Assembly: GCA_002269645.1 (NCBI GenBank)
Contig: NIVC01000277.1
Span: 62,001 to 126,000, forward strand
From: Macrostomum lignano
Taxonomy: Eukaryota
Length of the DNA: 64,000 nucleotides
Direction: 5' to 3'
Positions 24,301-35,318 of the stretch are shown here, one piece after another (position 1 is the stretch's first letter; each line of letters begins with the position of its first letter). The position numbers and the translations under genes are program-made. Below the pieces are notes generated by a model. It ran no database searches. It saw only the letters and a program-made list of their open reading frames with translations, and was not told where the DNA came from.

Positions 24301-24800
24301 TATTCTATGGTACGCTATGCGTACCATCCGTCACTTGCATGAGTGAGACCCAAATGCATCAGTGTGGAAGAGGTTTTAAAGGCTCTTGGGGCGAATAACT
24401 TGAATGCTTTGGCTCTACGGGGAAACATGCCAAGACTCACTTATGGGTATGTTTGGGGGTTTAGGGTCAGTTTTGGTTCAATCATAGATTAACCGCTGTC
24501 AACAATCAATTAAAGACTTGCTAAGATATCAAAGCTCATGGGGGAATAGCTGAGTTATTAAGGCTTATAAGGGGATGGCTAAATTCTTGGGAGAGGGGAG
24601 TTGGGTTGTTGGGATGTCAAGGCTAATTACTGCGCTAGGAGAATTGCTGCAATGTCGAGGCTTAATGGGGGAATTGCTAAGATCTCAGATCTTACTGGGG
24701 GAATTGCTAAGATTAGGCTTACTGGGGAATGCTAAGATGTTAAGGCTTACTGGGGAAATGCTGAGATGTCAAGGCTTACTGGGGGAATTGCTGAGATTAA
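21331..24800 (+). mobile_element. Composite non-autonomous Helitron-like element, copy B (3'-truncated)
   Basis: It starts A|TCTAAATATACTAAATCTCTAAGG after a (TCTA/TCTTC)n tract. It is colinear with 56260-59560 and inverted relative to copy A. Confidence 0.75.
23466..24375. mobile_element. TTAA-inserted, piggyBac-like non-autonomous element (910 bp) in Helitron copy B
   Basis: TTAA occurs at 23462-23465 and 24376-24379. The empty site GCTAAGATTAAATGCTCTTGG is seen in copy C (about 58835), with a near-identical reverse match in copy A (about 18235-18255). The left end is CCC. The subterminal IR is GATGGTACGCATAGCATACCAT / ATGGTACGCTATGCGTACCATC. The right tip is degenerate. Confidence 0.75.
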
Positions 24801-24809
24801 ATAAATTTT

Positions 24810-26640
24810 AACTGTCTTCTTTCCAGATAATTACAAATCTTTTGGCAAAAACGCAATTAAAATTGGACAATTGGTTCGATCTCTAGAGCGCTACACGAAT
24901 ACACGAATACTAACACAAAGTCTGTTCGAGTGAAAGTCACACGAAGCAGCTATGACATAATTAAATACGCAGGCAGTCAGTATCAGTCTAAATTAAAGTT
25001 AGCAATATGGTTACGCAATTTCTGTCTTTTAACTTGGCACAGTGTTTTCAAATTGTTGTGATGCAATCTTTATCAGAATCAGAATTCAGCCAGCCAGTTT
25101 TTTCTCTAGCATTCGTATAGTGCACTTCAAGTCGAAAGAGCTGCTTGACCTTTGCAAAAAACATGTTTTTCGAATATTTAATCCCTTTAGCATTGAAGCA
25201 GATACAAGAAATTCTAACCATACAATCCCAGGCTGATTACAAATCTTTTGGCGAAACGCGATCAAAATCGGTGAAGAATTGTTCTCTCTAGAGCGTTATG
25301 GACAAGCATACAAACCTTAGAGAAATACAAACCTTAGAGATTTAGTATATTTAGACTAGCTAATTAGAGCTGGCTGCCAGCAGCCAGAATAATTTTTTAT
25401 TGCCCCCCTTTAAGTGGGGCCGAGTGAGTTTTCTTATCAGTTGGCTCTGGCGCAATCAATTAAAATTGACTGTGAAGTTTCTCGCTGATAAAATTTGCAT
25501 TGAAAAAGGCCATTTAAAACAGTTTTTCGAATATTTAATCCCTTTAGCATTGAAGCAGATACAAGAAATTTTAACTGTCTTCTTTCCAGACAATTTTGAA
25601 TCTTTTGGCGAAAACGCGATGAAAATCGGTGAAGAATTGCAATCTCTAGAGCGTTATGGACATTCATTCATTCAAACATACAAACCTTAGAGATTTAGTA
25701 TATTTAGATTTAGTATATTTAGATATTTAGACTAGAGCGTTATGGACATTCATTCAAGCATACAAACCTTAGAGATTTAGTATATTTAGATAGCTAATTA
25801 GAGCTGGCTGCCAGCAGCCAGAATAATTTTTTATTGCCCCCCTTTAAGTGGGGCCCAGTGAGTTTTCTTATCAGTTCGCTCTGGCGCAATCAATTAAAAT
25901 TGGCAGTGAAGTTTCTCGCTGATAAAATTTGCATTGAAAAAGGCCATTTAAAACAGTTTTTCGAATATTTAATCCCTTTAGCATTAAAGCAGATACAAGA
26001 AATTTTAACTGTCTTCTTTCCAGACATTCATTCATTCAAGCATACAAACCTTAGAGATTTAGTATATTTATTATATTTTGAATCTTTTAGCGAAAACGCG
26101 ATGAAAATCGGTGAAGAATTGCAATCTCTAGAGCGTTATGGACAAACATACAAACAAACCTTAGAGATTTAGTATATTTAGATTTAAGATAGAAGATTAT
26201 TAGAGATTTAGTATATTTAGAAAGAATAGTATATTTAGATTAGAAGATTAGATAGATTAGAAGATAGATTTAGAAGATTTAGATATATTAGATAGATAGA
26301 TTTAGATAGAAGATAGATTAGAAGAAGATTAGAAGATTTAGATAGATGGATAGATAGATAGATAGATAGAAGATAGATTAGATAGAAGATAGAAGAAGAT
26401 TAGATTTAGATAGAAGATTAGAAGATAGAAGATAGATTAGATAGATTAGATAGAAGATAGATAGAAGATTAGAAGATTGGATCGATGGATGGATTGGAGG
26501 ATTGGATGGATTGGATGGATGGATTACAAGCAAACAAGCATACAAACCTTAGAGATTTAGTATATTTATATATTTATAGGAGATTAGAGAAGATAGAGAA
26601 GAGAAGAGAAGATTAGAGATTAGAAGATTAGAAGATGGTT
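24810..26640 (-). mobile_element. Head-to-tail array of short non-autonomous Helitrons (25356-25708, 25791-26182), 5'-end fragments and an AGAT/AGAAGAT-type microsatellite (26183-26640)
   Basis: Each copy has 5' TCTAAATATACT and a 3' hairpin CTGGCTGC-TG-GCAGCCAG followed by CTA(G). It is the same family as 55489-55845. Confidence 0.88.
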
Positions 26641-26854
26641 CACACAATGGGTCAAAAAAGAAAAAATGAATCTGAAAATATCCTTCCTTTATTTCCCATT
26701 AACAGTACACTTTTGGTTTATATGCACTTTTAAGTCCCCGTTGTCACTGCCATGGTACAACCTGGTAATCACCATCACCACATCTAGTTTCACTACATAT
26801 ATCGCTTGAGCAAAACATGCAAACATGTGTACGCCATAAACTCACGCATAATGC

Positions 26855-29800
26855 CTAGTTTCCTGTGAGCACTTTAGGGTAAACAACGTTCCTAGTCTTG
26901 GTTCCGAAGATTCGCACACGGACATAGGCCGCGTTCTTCGCTCGTGACAGAGCCGTGTACAGCTGGCCATGAGTGAAGCAACCGACTGCCAGGTCTACGC
27001 CAACTGTGTCCAGAGACTGTCCCTGCGACTTGTGGATCATCAGACAGAAACGGCTTCACAGGGAACTGCATCCGCTTAAAACTGACCGACAGGTCCGCAT
27101 TGCTTGGAATCAGCGGGATTCGCGGCAGAAGAATCTCGTCTCCCGTGAACTGGCCGGCGGCAATCTTGCATCGAAGCACGTTATCGCCCATTGCGAGTAT
27201 GATCAGCCGCGTACCATTGCACATCCGTGGCGGGTTGATATTCCTGAGAAGCACCACCGGTATACCCACTTTCAGCCTCAGCAATTGAATCGGAAAGTTC
27301 GGGGCATCCAGCTAGTTGAGCAACTCAGGCGGGAAGTGCGTAGCGGCATCCTCATCGGCCACACTGTCTATCGAGCGGTACTCCCGCAGGCTGCCGGGAA
27401 ACATGCCCAGACACGTCTCATTGATGGCATCGACAGAGTCGTTGTAAGGCGCCAGGATCGCTCGGCTTGCAAAGTAGCCGTCCCTTTCCACTGGCTCTTC
27501 AAACGATGGGTAACAAAATTGATTGGATCAGTGAGTGGCCCCTCCGCGGAAATCACAATCTCGGCTGGGAGGGACACTTTCTCCTCGACATCCTACTTCA
27601 TTGTTCCGATCCGTGAGGAGTTAAACAGTCAGTCAAAGGCTAGACAGAGTTTTAGGCTAGAAATTCTGAATAAAGCACAATAAAAGCATTTCGCAGCTCT
27701 TCCACAAAAACCCGTTTAAATTTAACATCCTATATTATTAAGTCAACAGAAACCAAACTTACCTGCTTGAGTAGCTCGATGTACTTCAAATACGTTGCAG
27801 AATCGGAGCTGCTCAACAATCCTGCATGCAATACCGGCCTTGAGGCAGGCCGTACTCTGGCAGGCTTTTGCCGACGACGGAGGTCAGCATGCTCTGCAGC
27901 TCGCGCAGCGCCAGGTCAGTAATCTCCTCAGTGATCAAGTCTCGGTGGTGAAACCACAGGTCCTCGCACATATCCTCGGCAAAACTGCACCATAGGTCGT
28001 TGCCATCATCAGGCTCGCCCCATATGAGAATGACAGCCAGAAGGTGTCTCAGGGCTCTTGGCATTCTTGACTGAACGGCCTCAGCTAGGCACCGCCGCCA
28101 GTGATCATCTCGTTGCCGCAGGCCGAGGGCCATGCAAGCAGCCTTGGCGCTCGGGTGCACAACGCCGTCAACAGTCTGCAGCACCTAAAAGCTGGTTGGT
28201 CCCCTAACCTGCAAAAGGAGCATGCGAACATAAAATAAATCACCTGTTCTTGGGTTCACCGTGTACGTGCGTTCAACGTTTGTGTTCCGCACTACACCCG
28301 GGTGGCCGTCGACTTTCGCGTCTCGCTTCGCTCGCCGCCACACTCTTTCACTGGCGTGCCACACGAAGTCGGACGGCACCTCCGTGTAGAGCAAGGACCG
28401 AGCAAACTCGTCAGTACGGCACAGCTTGAAAAATGCCGTCAACGTAGAGTCCCTCGGCGTCCTCGCTCTAGCACTTGCGGTCTGCTCGTTGAAATATACG
28501 AGCTGCTCCTCCGACTTGTGAACGCAGAGCCGGATGACCGCCGGAAATCTGTCATGCACCTGATCAAAGGTGGGAGAGAAATTAATCGCTTTTAAGTTGT
28601 TGCTGACTACTAAAAATCACAGCTTTGCAATATTTAAAATTTAAAATAACATCAAAGCCCAAAATGGTATTCACGGCTTCCATTGGGCCAATGTAGCGCG
28701 CAGACAGATACTCCTTGATTTTATCACGCGGCCTCTCCATCGTTTGCCGCTGCCATCTGTGCCGGCTGCTGGCTACCCACTGGCTGCTCTCTTGGATCAG
28801 TTGAATTCTTATTGGCATCGACTTTGAACGTCGCCATGTGGCCGCCCTTTAGCAAGTACTTATCACGTACTTGACCGACTTCACAGTGGCACAAACTTCA
28901 ACGTTCATGTGGCACGCAAACTGGAGCAACAGTTCAGGGCTATAAGGCACAACCCACCTGTGTTTTAAGGAAAAAAACATTGTCAGACGTTTCCAACACA
29001 AAATACAAGAGGCACCTAATACTCATGACTCGCCTGTTGTCCATGCGAATGCTGCGGCCTTTACAGTTTGTACACTGTAAATCCACCCATCTCAGGCGAC
29101 AGTCTGCGGTACAGTGGGTAGCCAGTATCGCTGGTCAGCGTCACTTGCTGGTACTCCTTCGGAAAGCCCTTGCTGCATTCGACATTCTCCATACACGGGT
29201 ACGCTGGATTGTCCTTGCCGCAGGGGCCATGGATCATGTGAGTCTTCACCAGCTCATACAGCACAGGCTGCTGCTGTGGGTCCGGAATCTCGGCAGACAC
29301 GATGTCATCGTATCGGTCCGGAGTCACCCGCTGGCCGCTCGCGAGCCACAGCAGAAAGTGCACATGGGGGAGACCTGGATTATCAAGAAAAGTATCAGGA
29401 CATCTTTCAGTCCAATTATCCAATTTGTATCGAATTTTCATCACACAAACCCACCTATATTTAGTATCTTTATAACGATATAGCGATATAAATTTCATAA
29501 AACTTAACACTCATACTTGCACTCACCATGATTTTGGTACTCTAGCGAGCAGACGTGCGCGGCCTCTTTTCCCAAAGCGCTTCGTTAGCTGGACCAGCAG
29601 AGCTTTCTTCATTTCAAGACTCGGCTAACAATGTCCGGTCGGTGTTCAGCGCGCTGTCCAGGCAGCAGCTGGGCGCTGATCTCATGCCAATTCGGATTGC
29701 ATGTTGCCCTGACAAACAGGTCCGGCTTACCGAACTTGTGAACATAGGTCATAGCGTCCTGAAGCCTCTCCATCAGGTACCTTGGCCCGCCAACAAAGCT

Positions 29801-30460
29801 TGAGGACAGAAGCACATGCGCGGGCTTGCCTACGTCACTCGGATCTCTGTCCGTAGACCTGCCATCAGCTGCAAACAGAGCGTCCCGCAGACCACTCACT
29901 CACTATACGTCTCGCTGCGCAGGTCTTGCTGATGGGTCCGCAAATACAGCAGCCTCTCTGCCTCAATCTTGGCATACATGTCCACCAGGTACTGCTGAAA
30001 TAATCGTCGGCCATAGTGCAGCACACTGAACTGGCCTGCTCGCACCATGATTTCGCTTGCATAGTACCTGGTACTTCATCGGCGTCAATTTCTTGTCATT
30101 ACTCATCCGCAACTCCGGGTGCCATCCGTCCTCGCCATTCGGGAACAGAAAACATACTCCAGCGGGTCATATGAGCGGTGCGTCTCCCTGATTCGCTGGG
30201 AACCGCCTCCACGCAGTTGAATCACGACGTCCTGACTGGTCGGTGCGTCCTCATTGTCTTCAACGATCAGAATACTGACCTCATTTGCCGTAGGCAAGTT
30301 GTAGCGCCTGATTTCGAATGATTTTCGAATTAGCTACTATATTGCAGATAAAAGACGAAGCGAAACCACAGTGAATTCTTAAAGCATGGCCGCTCAGCCA
30401 GGTGCTGGAACCGATTCCACAATTCTTTCCAGGCTTTGCGCATGTCAGAGGAAATGTACA
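26855..30460 (-). pseudogene. Helitron RepHel pseudogene, copy 1 (Rep plus PIF1-like helicase; helicase motif I-III region deleted)
   Basis: Motifs include RYNLPTANEV, SYDPLEY, FVGGPRY...FGKPDLF..TCNPNW, GLPHVHFL, HMIHGPCG, CSKGFPK, YLSARYIGPMEA, LLRNINP..CNGTRL and HKSQGQSL...HGQLYTALSR. There are many stops, frameshifts and AT-rich interruptions. Confidence 0.93.
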
Positions 30461-30673
30461 GCGCAAAACTGCATATTTTAGACATTATTATACTTGTACC
30501 TATGCTTCTATTGGCATATCGATTGAGGTAAGGAGGCAGTATTTTTATTGGAAATCAATACACTGCCGCCTTATATTTTGTGGCCATGATATCCTTGAAA
30601 TGATACACCATACTTGTTTAAATGCAGTTTAACAACTGTATTATCCTTTTTCGGAACATACAACTGGTGACAG

Positions 30674-33600
30674 CTAGTCATTAGAAAGCACCTCTGGGTA
30701 CAAAATTTTTCTCGTTCTGTTATCAGAAAGCCAGACGCGAACATTGGCTGCGTCTTTGGCCCGAGACAGCGCGGTATACAGCTGGCCGTGCGCCAAGCAG
30801 CCGTCAGTCAGTTCGATGCCCACGGTCTCCAGCGACTTGCCGTGCGACTTGTGGATCGTCAGGCAGAAGCTGGCCTTGACGGGAAACTGCAGGCGCTTGA
30901 AGCGAATTGGCAGACCCGCATTGTTGGGCACCAGCGGAATCCGAGGCAGCAGAACTTCATCGCCTGCGAACTGACCGGCCGCCACCTTGCATCGCAGGAC
31001 ATTGTGACCCCGCGCCAGGACAATCAGCCGCGTTCCGTTGCACAGCCGGGGCGGGTTGATGTTTCGCAGCAGCACCACCGGCATGCCCACCTTGAACTTC
31101 AGCAGGTGCCTCGGCAGGTTTGGGGCGTCCAACCCATTCAGCAGCTCCGGTGGGAAGTGGGTGGCCGAGTCCTCGTCAGCCACGCTATTAATGGACCGGT
31201 TCTAAAGATCATTGATCGCGTCCCACCGACTCGTTGTACGGCTACAGTATCTTTCGAGTCGCAAAAAAGGCATCCCTGACATCGGAAGCTTCAACCGAGG
31301 GGTACACGAACTCAATCAGATCTTTCAGCTGGGTGCCTGCCGGCAGCAGAATTTCTTGAGGAAGAGACACATTGCCCTCTGAATCCTACTCAATCGTGCC
31401 AGAACCGACCTAGAGAAGTTCATAATACGTGGCCTCCAATTTTACAATATTCTTAATATACTTACCCACCACACCACCTTACTCAATGCAGGTTAATTAT
31501 ATCGCAGAAGTCACATAAGCGCTGGAAGGAATATTTATTAAATTGTTAGAAATCAATTCGCAGTCTTTCTTAATATACTTTGTCAAGAGTTGACAAAACG
31601 ACGATAACGGTTAATAATAATTAGATTACGCAACTGGCAAGCAGATCTCAACTTGAAGAAGAAAAAAAAGAAAGACACCGAACACGGGACCACGGAGAAA
31701 GACTCCTAACCCCTGGCCTAAACCAGAACCTACGCTCGAACGAGAGCCCTGCCGAACCGACCGTTCAACGGAGTACCGACTAAATTCTATCGGCACTGCC
31801 CTTCAGTGTGACACTGAGGCCCTCGGGGTCGAGACCGCGTACTTGATCAGATCCGACGGTCTCTATCTAAACCGCGCTTGATAGCGACGACGTCGGACAA
31901 GGATGCCGAATCGTTACGCTACAAGACTGAAGCGGTCGGGCGGGGAACAAAGTATGGACCGGGGGTGACGAACTCAAACGCCTCAAAGCGCGAACCAAAG
32001 GGAAACACGTCACCGGCCGGGAAGCTGGAACACAATCAAAACCGGGGACGGAGCAGGAAAGAGAAGGCGAGATCTGATTGCCAAACACACTTTCATATAT
32101 AGTCAGAGTCACAACTCCTCAAAACCCCCCTGAAGCCAGGTGGTGGTCGTCTGGCCGGCCGCTTGCTAAGCCGACTTGCACTGTGCCCGCGGCGCCGGGT
32201 AGAATTGAAACTTGCCGCGTGCCAGGGTCCAGGCCGGTTCCGATTGGCTGACCGCGCAAAGCTGGGGTTCGCAGAAAACTCAACCCTCCGCTGAGTCACA
32301 AATGGCGTCTGACTTCTAGCCTGTTTACGCAAAATTGATTCTAACTAACAAGGAAAAAGTACACCAAAAACGTATGACTAAACTAAAGCAAAATAACAAT
32401 TCAATAACAATAATGCAAAACCTAACTAATAGAATACAAGGCTATCGCAAAAGATGCTCACACTACAGCATAGACAAGTCTGCTGTGGCCGATAAATAAA
32501 ACTAAATCCACTAATAAGCACTAATAAGACTACACGAGGGGATACGAAAGCTAATTCTACTGACAAAGCCTGAAGAATGTTACGCTTACAGGTAGTTCGA
32601 TACTCGCAAACGCTCATACTGAAGAATCATTGCATCATTGAAAGAATATGCAATCGCATATTCTTGGTCAGGCGGTGCCTTTGGATCGACTTCCACAACT
32701 CGGATCGGCAGACACAGGCTGCAACGTTGTTCGCCCTGGTGCCATTCTTCACTACCGGAAGCAACTGGCGGAAATCCCCAGCGCACAACAGCACCACTCC
32801 TCCGAAAGGACAATTTTGCTTCTGAACGTCTCGCAGGGTTCTGTCCACGGACTCAAAGTCCTGCCGGTTGGTCATCTAGATCTCGTCCTAGACAGTGAGG
32901 CAAGTGCTCCGAAGCATGGCCGCCTTTTGCGACTGCGCGCCAACACTGCAGATGTCGTTATCCGAGCGCACCAGGCGAACCGGGATGCGAAATCTGGCGG
33001 CAAAAGTTTTTTATGTGAGCCAGATTTTTTAATGCCTGATGCAATGATTGCGTGCAATTTCATTCAAACAGCACTAAAAAACTTTTGGCACTTATAAAAG
33101 ACGCACGTCTAAAAAGCAATTTGCTAAAATTCACAAAGAAACTCACGCTGAGTGCGCAGTCTGTCCACCAGGCAGCAGGGTGGCTGCGATGCCGGATGCC
33201 GCGACAGCAATGGTGGTCTGACCTCTACTGCGAACAAAGGCCAGCAGCACCTCCAACAGAAAGGTCTCGGCAATCTCAGCCTGCTCTGCCGCGTCGAACT
33301 GCACCGGGCCAACTTGGGGCGCAGCGGAGGCGGCAGGCAGCCTGTACTCTGGCAAGCTGCAGCCGCCAATGGAGCTTAGCATGCTTTGCAACTCGCGTAA
33401 CGCCCTGTCGGCCACCTCGGCGCTCAGGTCTGGGCGGCGATAGAAAAAATCCACGCACAGATCATTCTTGAAGCGCTGGCACAGCTTCTCACCGTCCTCT
33501 GGCTCTCCCCAAATGAGGATGACAACAAGCAGGTGCCCGAAGGGCTCTTGGCATCCGAGACTGCACAGCCTCAGCCATGCACCTTTCCCAGTGATCGTCT
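30674..33600 (-). pseudogene. Helitron RepHel pseudogene, copy 2 (helicase half; Walker A deleted)
   Basis: Motifs include AVAASGIAATLLPGGQTAHS, V*DEI*M, PFGGVVLLCAGDFRQLLPVV, RLTKNMR, CNGTRL and HKSHGKSL...HGQLYTALSR, with the stop at 30674. Confidence 0.92.
31581..32590 (-). mobile_element. Possible solo LTR inserted in RepHel copy 2
   Basis: A non-coding 1-kb insert reads TGTAAG...TTGACA on the minus strand and has an internal TATATA. No matching TSD was found. Confidence 0.35.
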
Positions 33601-33619
33601 CGCTGCAACAGACCGAGTG

Positions 33620-35115
33620 CCATGCATGCAGCCCTGGCTGTGGGGTGTAGCACGCCGTTCATCCTGCTCTACAACATGAAAGTTCTTCTTTGAAAGTTTA
33701 GAGCAGAGCATCCGTTCATGACCATCAGTCTCGCCACATTTTACCGACATAGACCAGCATATGTTGTTCATCCAAAGCTGTCAGACCGGCATCAGTGCCT
33801 GTGTCCAAAGTGCGAGAACCTTGACCTATTAGTTGAGGGTCTCTACTCGTTAGGGCTTGTCAGAGCTAACGACAAGCACGCTCTGCTCCTAGAAGTTATT
33901 TGCTCAGAAGAATCAGCCGCCTGTCTCCGCCACCAGTGCCTAAAATGCCGCTACAAATCTCCAGTCGTCATGGAAGTCGCTGCTGGTCTGCCGGGGGTCA
34001 CCTACTGCAAGTGGGAACCAAAAGAGGATTCAAGCGGCATGGAGATTGTGCACCTGAAAGTCAAGTGCGAGGTGGCCATCTGTGAGCTTCATAAACTGCT
34101 TCGAGATTACAGCACCCACTTTATGCGGTTGCGGCACCAGTAACGAGCCATTCGTGAGCTGAGATCCAGTCTTGGGCCGCACCATTTGGCCCTCCACATT
34201 GACTTCAGTGAAGCGTATGGTGCAAAGTATTTCAGGGAAACCCAGTCAGCGCATTTCGGAGACCGCGGTCAGGTAACGATACATCAGGGCGTCGCCTACG
34301 TGGAAGACAATGCACCGCAGTCGTTTGCCTCCCTGTCGGACGACAAAAGCAAAAAGGCTGAAGCCATCGCTGCGCATCTAGAGCCAGTGTTGGATCACTT
34401 CCAGACTCTCCTTCACAACTCTATTGAGCGAGTTTCCATCATTTCGGACTCGCCAAGTAGCCAATATCGCAATCGGAGGACGCTCTATATCATCGACCGT
34501 CTATTACGCCTGAGAAACATCTTTCGGTGGCAGTGGCTGTACACGGAATCTGGACACGGCAAAGGTGCAGCTGACGGCGTCGGTGCTGCCATCAAGCGGC
34601 GCTGCGATCGGCTAGTGTCCACCGGCGAAATCAGGCAGATTGTGACGGCAGAGGATGTGCAGATGGCCATGGAGACTCCACAAAGATTGGACATCATCCC
34701 GTTTCGAGTAACGACTGAAGCAATCGCCAAGTACTCCAATGTGCTGAATATGGTGCGGCTACAGACGATGCCGGGCATCGCTAGCGCACACCATGTCTGC
34801 CGGTTGAGCACAGGTGTGCTGTATCGCGAATTGGCATGCTCCTGCAAGGAAGCTGCTGCAAACTACTTGTGCCACGAAGCGAAGTCTTGGCTAATTTTTG
34901 ATGCACCAACGCGTACTGAGAGTCGGCAATTAACTATGTGTGAAGCGACACTGGCTGATGATAAAGGCCAATGCCGGAGGATTGCTACTGCTGGCAAGGG
35001 CCGATGTCAGGGTCGAGGTCACAGACATAATGGTGCAACAAGCCAGCGCTCCGGCAACCTTCGCGGCCAGATAGGCTTTCAGTGCAACCCAACCGTCGTC
35101 ATTTCTTTTCAATAG
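33620..35115 (+). pseudogene. Sola2-like DDE transposase pseudogene (5'-truncated; in-frame stops at 33691 and 34141)
   Basis: Motifs are ISLATFYRHRP, CLCPKCEN, HIDFSEAY, QVTIH, ISDSPSSQYRN and ESGHGKGAADGVGAAIKR, as recalled for Sola2 transposases. Confidence 0.75.
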
Positions 35116-35318
35116 TACTCGTAAGTTACAGTTACCATTATTTCTCTTTTATGAACCGGTTTTTATTGCTTTAGTATCAAGGACGACTAAAGTAACTAGT
35201 AAAGTAAAGTAGTCCTTGTTTAGTATTTTCTTGATGTTGCCTCTGTTACTGAATTCAAGCTGACCAAATCGCAATGCCTCCCCAACTATGGTCGCGGGCA
35301 CTGATTGTTAGTAATTAC

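Noticed and set aside
26855-33600. Host PIF1 helicase gene
   Set aside because: It is linked to Helitron Rep motifs and is full of stops and deletions.
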